Source of the DNA: Macrostomum lignano
Taxonomy: Eukaryota
Direction of reading: 5' to 3'
Length of the DNA stretch: 64,000 bases
Assembly (NCBI GenBank): GCA_002269645.1
Contig: NIVC01001411.1
Span: 1-64,000, forward strand
Shown: positions 22,738 to 35,930 of the stretch, in pieces
Numbering within the stretch: the first letter of the stretch is position 1
Layout of the letters: every line of letters starts with the position of its first letter
Notes under the pieces: generated by a model
The model's database searches: none
The model's input: only the letters and a program-made list of their open reading frames with translations
What the model was told of the DNA's origin: nothing
Made by a program: the position numbers and the translations under genes

Positions 22738-23349
22738 GTACATAAGCGATTATGACAGGAACTTCTACCATTTTATTCTACCTATAACTTGCATAAGTTA
22801 TCTGTATATGCACTACAGAGCGATATGCACAATCTCTATAGTTCATTTTAATTTAACTTAATATTTGTGCAAATGAATTTTACTGCGAACAATCTATACA
22901 GTAATTAGAATTGCGAATATTAATTTATTTCTGACCGCACGGAAGCTTGCAGCTTCGTGGTGATTTTATAACAATGCACTACTTTTTAAAAAAAAAAACA
23001 AATGAGTCTTTTTTTCGTTTTTTGCATCTTTGTGTATTAGCAGCAGTAAGCTGGAGTCTTCGACTAAGATTATGTATTTTAGTTGATGGAAAGCAGGAAC
23101 AACACTTACAAGTGGTAAAACTCTTACTGCAGTTTTTGACTGCTGAATTCGCACATTCTACAAGCCAGTGCAAAATGAGGCCTATCCGCACTATACTAAT
23201 AGCTGACACAAAAAGTTAAAATTCCAATTATTCTATAATTACGAGTATTTTAGCGCATGAACTAGTTTACCTATGTCCCTCATCATCATTACATCATGCC
23301 CCGATCTCTGTCTCTCCCAGGCAACTTGTATAGTCTGCCTAATCATGTC

Positions 23350-23822
23350 TAGTCTGCCTCATCATCATCATCATTCTCTGCACCACTCTCAGTCTCCCTC
23401 ATCATCATCATCATCATCATGCTCCGCACCACTCTCAGTCTCCCTCATCATCATCATCATTCTCTGCACCACTCTCAGTCTCCCTCATCATCATCATCAT
23501 CATCATTCTCTGCACCACTCAGTCTCCCTCATCATCATCATCATCATGCTCCGCACCACTCTCAGTCTCCATCATCATCATCATCATCATGATTCTCTGC
23601 ACCACTCTCAGTCTCCCTCATCATCATCATCATCATCATTCTCTGCACCACTCAGTCTCCCTCATCATCATCATCATCATGCTCCGCACCACTTTCAGTC
23701 TCCCTCATCATCATCATCATTCTCTGCACCACTCAGTCTCCCTCATCATCATCATCATCATGCTCCGCACCACTCTCAGTCTCCATCATCATCGGCATGA
23801 TGCGCCACTCTCAGTCTCCCTC
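23350..23822 (+). repeat. Compound (CAT)n + tctctgcaccactctcagtctccc repeat
   Basis: About 12 units with variable CAT runs. Confidence 0.95.
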
Positions 23823-23848
23823 ACTATTAAATGATGATGCCCCCAGCC

Positions 23849-24511
23849 TCAGACTCCTGTCAGCCATTGCGATGCGAAGACGCAGGCGCACAGCAGCTGC
23901 AGCGTCATGGCCACGCAGCCGGACACCAGCAGGGCCATGTTGAATGGCCGGTTGCTCGTCAGCTCGTGCTTTCTTTCGCCGTGCAGCACCCCGCAGAGTC
24001 CAGCGAACACCGCCAGGCAAACCAGGGCCACCGCCAGCAGCACGGCAAGCCAGTCGTCCAGGGTGAATGCATCGGTGCAGGAGTTCTGCGGATTGGGCGG
24101 CGAAGGCATTGGCTAATCTCCTGGTGTCTGTGCAGTTCTCACCGCTCTTCTCTTGACACCTCTGGGCTTCAATGCCTAAAAATATCTGCATGTACCATGG
24201 AGCTCATGCAGCTCGGCCAGATTCGGCGCTTATTGGACACCCGGACACCGATTTGGCGACAACTGACACCAAGAGTCCACGCGCCCCAAGTAGGCAGCCT
24301 CTCCCTAAGAGCTCACCGAGGTCTTCTGCTTCATGCTGAGTCTTCGGTCTGAGCCGCGCGAGGTCACCGAAACCATCTCGACAGCGTCCTCGTCCTGCTG
24401 ATCGTCCGCTTGCTTCTGGCCATCCGCAGTCCTCTGCGACTCCGCGCCATTTCCAATCTGCGACAGGCGCTTCAGCGGCACCTTCTTGACCGGAGGCTGC
24501 TGACTCGCCAT
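23849..24511 (-). CDS. Putative small two-TM membrane protein (exons 24511-24317 and 24112-23849, ~152 aa)
   Basis: ATG-initiated hydrophilic exon ends at a GTGAGC donor (24316). A TAG acceptor at 24113 puts it in frame with two hydrophobic segments, WLAVLLAVALVCLAVFAGLCGVL and FNMALLVSGCVAMTLQLLCACVF. The acceptor lacks a clear pyrimidine tract and no family was recognised. Confidence 0.45.
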
Positions 24512-26029
24512 CTCTTCTGGTAATTTGGCCCCGGAAAGCTGCGGTGCGCATGCTTAAAGTGGCAAAGCGCGGAACAAGAGAAACCGAGGATTGCAGAGCT
24601 GCGAGTTGTCTATGGCCGAGCAGTTTGGGTGGCAGACTTACGGATTTCAAGGAAATACGTGTAGATTATAAAAATGAATGCGCTGAACATACTACTCAAT
24701 TTTTCACCAGAAGCAACCGATGCAACGATATAATTCTGATGCAAAACGTCTTTATACATCCTTATACATTACATGTACATGCATACTGGGAAGCCTGACT
24801 GCCCTGTAAAGTTGAATTAGCAAGTCGGGGCCACTACTATACCCTGACCCTGAATAGGCGCTTGTATGCGCTCAGGTGTCAACGGAATGTACCCTGCGGG
24901 TACATATGTACGATATTATGCATACAAATGTGCATTAACATGAAAGCAACGGTTGTCAGGTGATGTATCTTGATATAGCCTTCAGTCTAGTGCAGTGATA
25001 GCCGATTTTGCTGATTTTGCGAACTATACCAAGAGGGGAAAAATTCATCACACTTTTGCTGCGCCGAAACGGAGCATGAACGCAGGCACCCGAAATTCAA
25101 GACCACGGGCCAACTTGTTGTTGCGCACCTTCTCAAACAATGATCAAGTCGCCAGCCCTCCGGACCGTCGAGATACTCGTATTCGACGATTCTGCCAGTA
25201 GGTCGGATTTAATTATTTCCATAAGCACCAGTGTATTCAGCACACCCCTGTGCGCCAATCAGCAGTGCCTTGCCAAGCCTCCAAATTTCATCAGGACGTC
25301 GATCACATGTGTCTGCATCAGCTCACCGACTTCGTTAGTCACTGGCCTTCACCCAGGCGGAGCTTCTGGATCTTCAACAGGTGGCACCAGGTGACTATGA
25401 ACACCCTGGTGCGAATTTCTCTAGTTTCGCTGATCAAGCCTCAATTGCTGGGCATCCTCAGCCAGTCTCTTAAGCATTCCGTCTTGAGAGCAAAAAATTT
25501 TCAGGGCCAGGAATCCCCCCCCCCTTGGTAGTTCTACTGTTAATACACCTACCGAACCATTGTTATTGGAATTTTCGAACCTTTAATTACTTACAACGCG
25601 ATGCCTGAGCAGAAGTTGCATGTACATTTATGCTGTACAGGTATGCCCTACTTCGCATAAAACAATTCTATTACATTTGTGTAAGCACATGCATGTTTCT
25701 TATCCCTGTTATTCAATAGGCAGAATTTGCATGCATATTGGAGTAAGTTTTTTTAAAACACATGATGTACCTTTAATATCTTTGTGGATGGTGCGACAAT
25801 TTTTATTTCATTTTCAATACGTTTTTATTCCAAATGAGATTACCAATAGGCACAGAAAGAAATGTATCAATGGCAAAAAAATTGACTAAAATAATATTTA
25901 AAGCAATGGATGCATTACAGCTCGACAGCGAATGCTATACGAGCGAAAAAGACTGCTTGAGCGACCGCGGTCCCGCAACTTCTGCTTTTGCCATTGAAAC
26001 TCTGCTGAAAACTGGACGTGCATGTATCT

Positions 26030-26820
26030 CCGACCCCCATTCCAGCCACCTCACTCCCTGGATCTCTCCGACCCCTATTCCAGCCACCTCACTCCCTGGA
26101 TCTCTCCGACCCCCATTCCAGCCACCTCACTCCCTGGATCTCTCCGACCCCTATTCCAGCCACCTCACTCCCTGGATCTCTCCGACCCCTATTCCAGCCA
26201 CCTCACTCCCTCCCTGCCCCTCTCCGACCCCATTCCAGCCACCTCCCTCCCTCCCTGCCCCTCTCCGACCCCATTCCAGCCACCTCACTCCCTCCCTGCC
26301 CCTCTCCGACCCCATTCCAGCCACCTCACTCCCTCCCTGCCCCTCTCCGATCCCCATTCCAGCCACCTCACTCCCTGGATCTCTCCGACCCCTATTCCAG
26401 CCACCTCACTCCCTGCCCCTCTCCGACCCCATTCGAGCGCCTCACTCCCTCTCTGCCCATCTCCGACCCCCATTCCAGCCACCCCATTCCCTGGATCTCT
26501 CTGACCCCTATTCTAGCCAGCTCACTCCCTCCCTGCCCCTCTCCGACCCCCATTCCAGCCACCTCACTCCCTGCCCCGATCTCTGATCCCCATTCCAGCC
26601 ATCTCCCTCCCTGCCTCGATCTCCGATCCCCATTCCAGCCATCTCCCTCCCTGCTCGATCTCCGATCCCCATTCCAGCCATCTCCCTCCCTGCCCCAATC
26701 TCCGATCCCCATTCCAGCAACCTCCCTGCCCCTCTCCGACCCCATTCAAGCGCCTCACTCCCTCTCTGCCCATCTCCGACCCCCCATTCCAGCCACCTCC
26801 CTACTGCCATCCCCATTTCC
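26030..26820 (+). repeat. ~38-bp pyrimidine-rich minisatellite (ccattccagccacctcactccctggatctctccgaccc), degenerating 3'
   Basis: About 20 units. Confidence 0.93.
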
Positions 26821-27093
26821 AAGCATGATAAAGTATACGGAGCTAATACACGGAGCCGGATACTCGTACGACACTATTTTTGAAAAGACGCTTTCTTCAA
26901 ATAGTACTGCTGGCTTCCAACACGCAGAGTAAGTCGACCCTCTCACTAAAGCTGACAGTTATCGTTCGGAGTTTCGTCACATTCCGCACCGTTATCCTAG
27001 ATGATGTGGAATGAGAGATGCTTGTTACTAAGAAACTGCCCCATATTAGGATTATAAAGTACACAAAAATCTGACCTGCAATGCCAGAAGCTC

Positions 27094-30000
27094 TTATTCG
27101 TCCATGTTGTTTAAACTCTCGATTGGAAAAACATCAATAAATTTTATGTTGCGCTTAGGATCCAGATAAAAATACTTTAACACGCCAAGCTTCTCCAGGT
27201 AGGGAGCCATCAAAAGCCTGTACCTGTTGATTGAATTTCAGCGTTCAATTAGTTCCATTGGCTCTGCTTTAGTCTGGCTAATTTGCCCTAGTCTGGATAA
27301 TGTACTACAGTCTGGTTAAGAATGTCCTTCAGTCTGGCTAAGAATGTGCTCCAGTCCTGTCTAAGGATGTGCACTAGTCTGGCCGAGATCCGATTTACCT
27401 GGGAATGGCCGGGCCCCAGGTGTAGGTAGGAATGGACAAGTCCCGCAGCCGGCGCCACCAGGAGATGCCGACGGGCTCCATGAGCAGCCGGCTGATCCCC
27501 GTGCCGACAATGATGAGCAGCGGAATCACCGACAGCAGCCAGCCCAGCGCGTCCGCCCAGATGGGATAATAATCCCCTTTTCCCTTGGTGTACTCGGTGC
27601 GCCCCAGATCAGCAACGCTGGCTAGGAGAGTGAAGAGGATCAGCGCAGGTGTGACGTATTGCCACATGTACCTCCAGACCGGCCTTGTCAAATTTAATGA
27701 TCAATTGATTTATCGGTAAGAATGCAGCATTAACTTTAATTATTAAGTGAAGTGGCGATAAAACACGACTGTTGATCTTATAATGATTGCGCTTACTTTT
27801 AAGTCATTAATTCCCCGTTAGATCATGTGGGCAATATAGTTCTCAATCACATTTGCTCAATACCAATTCAACCTCCCGATGGGTTTCCTACTCTCTTCTT
27901 TCCGTGGGTTTTTTCAATTCCAGGTAAGCTATCGATTTTGGTTGCTGACTATACTCAGCAACATTGAGAAGTCGCCACCCTTTGCCCCAGTGAGCAGTTC
28001 TTTCGACCAGCGTCTATCACCTGGCCAACCATTTTGATATTAAAAAATGCTTGAAAAAAGCAATGAAAACCGGGCGGAAGCTTCAATCCATCCAATCTTC
28101 GCCCTCCGCTCTTCCCAATCCCTCCTCACCCAGCCCAACTCTGCTTGGCGTGGCGCAAGTTGCGTCACTCAAAAGTCTATCCTGAGCTGGAATTTACTGC
28201 GCACTCTCAAAGGTGGCGAATTTTTAATGTTGTTGAGTACACATACAGCACATGTTCCACAATTTACACTCGAATACCATGAATAGAACTCACGAAATGG
28301 ACTGACGCATCATGAGCGCGATGTCCTCGGTGAACCGGTGGAACTTGCCGAACCCGGGCCGGCCGTAAACCCAGCCCACTAAAATGCACTCCATGAAGCC
28401 CACGAGCAGCACTATCCAGCCGCTCAAATATCTGTCGAAGATGTTCATCAGGTATAACCCGCCCGAACAGGTGAACGGCAGGCCAAGGAGGAACATCACG
28501 AAGCACACAGCCCCGATCAAGGGCAGCCGGTGGCGTCGAAGGACGAAAAATTTATCGCACAGAGCTGTGATCAGCGTTTCAACAAGCCCGAACTGTAAAA
28601 GGTGATCACGCAGGGTTAGCGTATTCAGAGATCCAAAGTTTTCAAGCTTGCGATGAGAAACCCGGCGCTCAGTCATTAGTAGTGAGGAGTATCGGAGGAA
28701 CCCGTAATCATTATTTCACCATCCTAACGGAGCAACACACGCTCACAAACATTGACAATCAATCAATCAAACCAGAGCGTCTTGGATGTACCTCAAAAGG
28801 CAGTCTCCCATTAATTCCTTACTGACTGTCACAGACAGACCTAAGACTTTCGAAACGATCATATTTGGTACTGAGCTCTACGAGTCAGGTTTAGTTCACC
28901 CCTTTCTGGAATTCCGTTCGCCTGAAAGGTATTTTGAATAGCTGCTCCGGTATAGTCAAAATTTTCGCTCGTAATAAAAAGTACAGAGAGAGCCACAGAA
29001 GTTACAGGATACACTCTGCAAGCAGTAAAAGACCCAACAAATGGACAAAAAACTTAATATTGTAAATTTACCTGACTGTCGATTCCAAGACTAAAAATCA
29101 TGATAAAGAATAGAATTGACCAGTAGTTGCTCCCTGGCAGCAGATTCATAACCTCAGGGTAAACGATGAATGCAAGCCCGAATTCTGAAGCCGGATAGAT
29201 TGCTCGTCATCAACTATCACTTCTTCAAAATATTTTATTTGTATTGTATTTTTAAAAAATAAATTGCCTTGCCTGAGCGAGTCACGTCGCTCACGGGCAC
29301 CCTTAGATTGCCAGCCAGGTGACCGATGAAGCTGAATATGACGAAGCCAGCGAACACGCTCGTCAGGCAGTTGGCCGAAGTTACAAAGAACGTGTCCCGG
29401 ATGACGTTGTTATGAAATCGATTGTAGCTGGAGAGCGACATCAGGCCGCCCCAGCTGCAGGACAGCGAGAAGAAGATCTGGCCAGCCGCGTCCTTCCAGA
29501 CCCGAGCTTTGCCGAGCGCGCTGAAGTCCGGGACGATGTAGAACCGGATGCCCTCGATCGCGTTTTCCAGGGTGACACCTCTGATGAAGAAGATCAAGAG
29601 GATCACGTAGGGAAACAGGGCGGTGAAGTACACCACCTTGCCGGATGACTTGATGCCACGAATCATGCTTAAGAAGATGACAATCCAGGAAAGCAGCAGG
29701 CACATCACCAGCTTCCAGTCCGGCGAGCCAAACTTGTTGATGTCGCCGCTGACTTTTAAAACCTCGCGGCTGCATTAGGAAGACAGAGAGTGGCATTGAC
29801 ACAGATCCTAACCTAACCCTAATCTCAGGACACTGCAGTGCTCAAGCGCTCACTTGAAGTACTCTTCCGACGCTAGAATTCGTCGAAGCCCTGTCGTCTT
29901 TTGAAATAGGCTTTCGTTGTAGATGCCCAAGAAGATGGTGCCGTTGTAGCAGGTGCCATTCGGCTGTGGCTGGCCCTCTCCACAGGACACAAACGGCAGG

Positions 30001-31232
30001 CGATCGGTGCACGCTAAAAGTAAAAAAAACGGTTTCGTTAGTATGATTCTTGCCTTTTGAAAACAAAGTGAGATTGAATACACTCGCAGAATTTGATTCA
30101 AAAATCACAGTTGGTGTTCCAATGGTGACTGCAGTTATTCCAAGGCAGAGTTGACGTCATTGATGCGAAGGTGTAGTATATAGAAATGGATATTATTATG
30201 TTGTAGTAGGTTGACACTGTTGTGGACAAGAACACCATCGAGTAGCCAAGACCTGTGGAGGATGCGAGGATAAGGAAATATTTTTTTAAAAATAGGTTCG
30301 CTAAAGCGGACCCTTCTTTGTACTGACTGACGAGTCAAGTGCTAAGAGTTAGAACTGCCGCGCCCGTACAATGACTAGCGGATTCTAGACTGCACTAAAA
30401 GGTGTTAAGGCAAAGCGAAATCGATCATACGGGTTGGTGACTAAAATTTTCCTATTTCTAACGAACTATTTGATCCATACGAAATCACAGACAGGCTAAT
30501 TCTAACTCGGGAGCAGACTTAAAAACTTCAGGTAAAACAACTCTCAAGCGTCGATTTGTGCACACCGGTAAAGATGGGCGCGAACTCCCAGCAGGTCGCC
30601 GGGCCCTCGCTGGTGAACTGTCCCAGGCTGAGGTCCAGCAGGAACACAGGAATGCCGCACAACAGCAAAAGGATGGCGTAGGGTATCAGAAACGCGCCAC
30701 CGCCGTTGCTAAAGCAGAGGTAGGGAAAGCGCCAAAAATTTCCCAGACCGACCGCGTAGCCCAGGCAGCTGAGCACGAAGTCCAGCCGGCCCGACCAGTT
30801 GCCTCTTTCCGGGTTCTCGTCCACGCTGTAGTTGACGGTGGACCGGTGATCAGCCTCCCTGGAGGCCCTGTCCCGACTGCAGCTGCTCCCGATCCCATTG
30901 ATGCCGCTGCCGCCTCTTTTAAAGGGTTGCCTAGCGACCCCGCCGCCTCTGCCGCCGTCCGAGGCCTTGACAGTGAGCTCGGCGCGGAGCTGACGAATGA
31001 ACCGCTCGCGTTGCTGGGCCGGGGTTTCCTTCAGCCACTTGATCTGCTTTTTCTTTTCCTTCCGCAGGTTGCATTGTTGGCTTTCATTAGAAACAGATTC
31101 CTCTTTATTGCTTATGGTGTTTTTTTGATCCGGCTTTTGCTGCTGATGCTGCTGCTGTTGTTGTTGCTGCTGATTATCATCGGTAGTCAAATCGATTGGT
31201 GGCAAGTTATTGGATGATTTTTGCTCCGGCAT
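27094..31232 (-). CDS. SLC6 Na+/Cl- dependent amino-acid transporter (GlyT2/PROT-like), paralog A; exons 31232-30566, 30252-30109, 30013-29854, 29769-29273, 29184-29072, 28592-28294, 27683-27399, 27223-27094; ~764 aa
   Basis: [43 protein letters not shown]; [17 protein letters not shown]; [19 protein letters not shown]; GLAFIVYPE; LGIDSQF. All exon phases join without stops. Intron 4 uses a GC donor. Confidence 0.92.
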
Positions 31233-33410
31233 TTTTGTCCGGTGCTTGTCATTTTTCAGTTATGAGATTTTAAAGCCGCTTTGCTGATTTACACAAACAG
31301 TTTATGGTAAATCCCTGCAGATTAAAAATGCTAGCTTTCAACGGCTGGTCAGTTCCTCCGTAGAACTAATATATATATTGTCGTCCTTGAGTTACTTAGG
31401 CTTTTTGCAGTGTAGTGTGTTGTAGAACTTTCAGACAATGTTTACTAACCGTAGTGACATTTTTCAAACTTGGTGGCCAGTCAAAATAGCCTATACATGT
31501 ACCTACATGTACCTCTATTGGTTCTCCTCGTTCAATTCCTTCCCAGTCCTTTTCTACTACTGTCCACTTTAGAAACTTTAGCCTGAGAGCCGGGTGCGTT
31601 ACTGCACAGCTACCGACCCTCAATCACTGACTAAACAGAAACAGAATAATGTAGACTGCCAGCCAGCGGCTGCCTAGCTCTTTTCTCCTGCACCAGCTGT
31701 GAGCAGTACGACTCAGCGCGGATAAAGCGTCTTACCTGCTGTCAGTTTTATGCGCAGAATCAGAACACGGTCGTGGCTCAAGAGGTCAGGCGCGCCGCGT
31801 TTACCACGGACTGCGGTGGCCCTCGCCCTTAATTTAGGTGGCAGCACGAATTTATCTGCTCCACAATGTAGCTGGTGGTGATTGTGGCATTGGCAGGATG
31901 AGTTGCAAGCCGCGACCACAAAAGCCAGTTCAGATGGCGCAATCTTATAGTTACAGTTTGAATTGAGCCAGTTAAGTTTTGACCTAATTTGTTCACCCAT
32001 CTAAAACAGTAGGGAATCTCGCTTTCGTATATTCAATTGTTCCTTTTTGAAGTTTTCTAGCCAGAGCTGCAGCGATTCGGGAAAATTTTGGATAGTATGC
32101 AATAGTATGCAAGTTTGAAAAAATATGAAAAATGCTAAAGTTTGTGTCCTCGGTAGGTGTTGCGCATTGAGCTGCAGCTCGTCGACGTTGATGATTGAGG
32201 TAGACAGAGGGTCTGTGACCGGCGGGAGTCCAGCCAGCTCGCTGACGGAGGGTCTATGGGCGCAGGTGACGAAATAAATTTCGAAAAATGTGTCATAAAA
32301 TGTTTTTTTTAGACAGAAATTAAGTGTGGCTTCGCTGGGGCCTCGATTATTTCTTCTTTCTCACCCTATCGAAATTTCCACCAAGCCTCTCCTTTTCTTG
32401 TCCTTTGTTCTTCTGTCCGCTTGCACACTGGTTTTACGTTCCTAACCCGCCTGGATAAGTGGTCCGGCAGTTTGTCCGTATACACGTCCGGGTGTCATCC
32501 GGGGTTGTAATGTATTTTTCCCATTTGATTCGTCCGGAAAAAACCGGAGGAAAAGTTTAAAATCGGACCAAAATGTCTGGAAAAAAACCGATTGGTCCGG
32601 TTGAAATCCGGACTGTCATCCGAAAACTTGTCCGGAAGTTCATCCAGAATTAACCGGACCACATGGCGGGTAATTTTCCGGACAAAACCGGACGACTGCA
32701 TCAGACGCGTAAACCAGATGACTACCCGGATCAAAAAGCGGACGAAAACCGGGCAAAGAGAGATTCACGTGATCCGGACGAAAATCCGGGAGAACATCCG
32801 GATGGAAAGCGGAAGTACATACTTAGTGCACTGATGAAAGTCACGCTGACTTTAATTCATGGCGAGGCCTTTAAATGCAGACGCGAAATCCAACGAGATT
32901 TGTGTTGAAATGTTTTAAATAAAAAAGAAGCTTTACAAAGACATATTCACGACTGGTTTCCAGTAACATTTTTTGTTTCCAAGTGGCACAGCTGAAGCTG
33001 CTTGTAGTTATGCTGCACGAACACCCAAAGCAGGGGCTTAAACCGGCAAGAACACTTTGTATTTTACGAACATTCATCATCGTCACATCATCTCACAAAA
33101 TGCTAATATAGTAGGTGCAAAAAGTCACACTGACCACAATCACCTCTCAAATCACGAAATACAAAAAGTTGGTGCATAAAGTCACACTGGCCACAATCCC
33201 CTTACCCCAATCCTCAAAGGGCCAGAACCACCCTGCTCCAATATTCTCAAATGGCCAGAACCACCCTGCTCCAATATCCTCAAATGGCCACAATCCCTTT
33301 CCCCCAGTCCTCTCTCCGTCTATCTCGAGATCTGTCCATGTCTGTGATCTGTCCCCGTCAGTCAGCTCTATCGATCACCAGCAATTCACGACCCTGTTCG
33401 TCCCTGATCA

Positions 33411-35374
33411 TCAATCGTTCAGCATCTCCAGCAACAAGTCACTTGGACGACTGTCGCCGTCCAATTCGCCTGCGTTGAGAAACTGCGTCCCAGTGTTATG
33501 AGACTCCTCAGTCTGTTCGGTAATTATGCGCAGAACATGTTCTGCAGAGGTGGTAGCCTTCGAGCGAGATGACTGGCCAGGTGTGCGGGCCGCAGTCGAA
33601 CGCTTGGGTCGGCTGCGCTTCGGCAGTCCCAGCTGCAATCTCGCCGTCTCGCCGCACCGAGTGAATGCGCGATGCAGTTCGTTGCGGTAAATTGGCACCT
33701 CGGCGTTCTGCAGCCACTGCCTCGCGACAGCAACTTTGGCCGGGTTCGCCGGCGCCGAAACGTACCCAGCAATTCTTCGGCCTGACAGGGATGAGTTCGC
33801 CAATTCTTGCGACGTAAAGACAGCCCTAAAGACAGCACGCAGTAGCGCCAAGCGCGTATAGCGCCGCATGGCAACTGCGTCTAGGTCGACCGCCTGCTGA
33901 TCTTCCATCGCCTTCTTATATTCTTTGTGTCGGTCTTCAAGTTCAGACCGGAGTCGCAAAGGTACAGAAAAAAACTTCTGGCTGTCGGAAAGGGCGACCA
34001 GTCCGCCGGTAGCAGAGCTAGTGGCGGTCCCTTGCTCCGCGTCACATGCGCGGATTAACGCGCGCGTTTCGGCAACAGACAGGTTGCGATCAGCGGAGAA
34101 GGTTGCCTGGTCGCCAAATGCGTCATCGTCAGCAGACTCGTCCGCGGAGGAGTGCGCGCTAGAAACAGCGTCACCAAAGGTATAATCGGGGCGCACATGT
34201 GATGCAGCTGCAGCAGCACCTGAAGTGGTTGCACTTGCGGCCGGCAAAAGGCAATTTGACGCCCTGGCGAGCAGCGCGTTGGCGGTGTCGACATTACGCA
34301 GTAGGCAATTGTTGCGCGCTTCGGCCTGCTCGACCTGCATGACCAGCTTCCGCTCCATTTTGGCCTGCACACTCGTCTTGTGCAGGAGCGTGCGGTTCTG
34401 TGCCAGCAGGTTGGTCTCAGAAGTACGGAGGAGCTTAAGTTCGCCACCTGCGTATTTATTTGAATTGGAAGGATTGACAGGTGAATCAGCTAACTTATGG
34501 TTTGCTTCTGCTTATATATGTGGACGGAATGCGTCAGTTGATGAATCTAGATGCATGCAGAATACGTATTCATCTAGATTCATCTAGATTCATTGTCGTA
34601 CGACAATGCAGATCGATCTGATGACCCCATGAGTAACTTAATCAGAAACTTACGCAGGGATTCGGTCAAGGCCTTCTCCCTTTGGAGCTCAAGCACGAGA
34701 CCGCGACAGGAGCTGCAGGACCGCGGCAGCTCGGCGGGTGCCGCGTGGACGTTAGTCAAGCTGGCAGCACCAGCAGCCTCCCTTTTCTTGTCGAATGGGC
34801 CCTTTATTAGTGTGCCCAGATAGCGCCGGGCCGTGCTACGCTTGCTCCGAGCTGTCACGACAGCGACTACGGCGCCGGTGTTTAGAGGCAGCTGCACATC
34901 CGACCGACGCGAAATGATGGCACTGGTGGACATCAGGCCGGAGTCTGTTGACACTACCTCTGTTCGCTGGTGGAAGTCGGTATACTGAAATACAAAAAAC
35001 CGGGCCTTGGCTTCGGCTTTAAACGGCACCAATTCAGGTTCGTTATCTTCTTCGGCGGCGAGTCGATTCCGCGGAATCGGAACTTCTTCCGAATGAGCAG
35101 TGCTATCGATGGCAGTCGGATTAGCGACGCTTAATCCACCTGGCGGATTTAAATCCGCATCTGCCACAGCTGCGGCGGCGGCGGCGGCGGCGGCGGCTCC
35201 AGTCGGGACGTTGGCACCCGAATCGGTTGCCGTAGCCCGAGCCGACACCTTGGCGACACTGAATGGTACTCCTATTTTCTTAGAAACACCAGACGGCTTC
35301 TTTATTGTTGCATGCGTTTTTTTTGCCTCTTTACGTCTTTCTTTCTCCGAAGCGTCGCGACACGTGCGGCCCAT
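33411..35374 (-). CDS. Transposon accessory protein with coiled coil and C-terminal BEN domain; exons 35374-34654 and 34447-33411, ~585 aa
   Basis: GTAAGT donor (34653) and GCAG acceptor (34448), both phase 1, join the two ORFs through a heptad-like stretch (LELQREKALTESL|RGELKLL...). LLRAVFRAVFTSQELANSSLSGRR...NPAKVAVARQWL...RCGETAR fits the BEN-domain pattern (ll..vFt.eEla.ss..G...L.p.kv..i). Confidence 0.75.
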
Positions 35375-35930
35375 GATGGCAGTTCTCGTGAACGCTGGAA
35401 AAGATATGACATGAGGTTTGCATTTCCGCGAGATCTGTACAGGAGTCATCGTCTCTGATCCTCGAGCACTATAGGTGACTGAGTACTTGGTTATGTACAA
35501 CGGGTTCGTAAGGAGTTAGCAGCGGGACGGAATGAAATAACAAACAAGACTGACGGATATCACAAAGCCAAAAAAGCGCCGGTCCTTTTATATGTGTTTG
35601 CACTACAGCAACCTCGACACCATTGCACTTCAGCAACCTCGACACCATTGCACTTCAGCAACCTCGACACCATTCAACTAAAAAGTTTAAACTAAAACTA
35701 AATACTAAAAATTCAACTAAAACAGAAATCGTCAACACAAGTAGAAAAAGTGTGGAAGGATGAAACAGCATATGAACAAGAGTTGCGCAGCAGTTCTTCT
35801 AATATAAAAAACGATTTCACCTGTCCCCACATGTGGGGAAATATTTCTATCCCTATCCCTATGATATCCCTATCCCCATCCTATTTCAACTAGTCCCCAT
35901 GGCGCGACCATGGTGGGGAACCAAAGCAAT

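Noticed and set aside
23273-23834. Poly-His/Ser proteins
   Set aside because: (CAT)n microsatellite translations.
29319-29648. Duplicated plus-strand 109-aa ORFs (also 46165-46494)
   Set aside because: Antisense shadows of the SLC6 exons. Their identity reflects the conversion tract.
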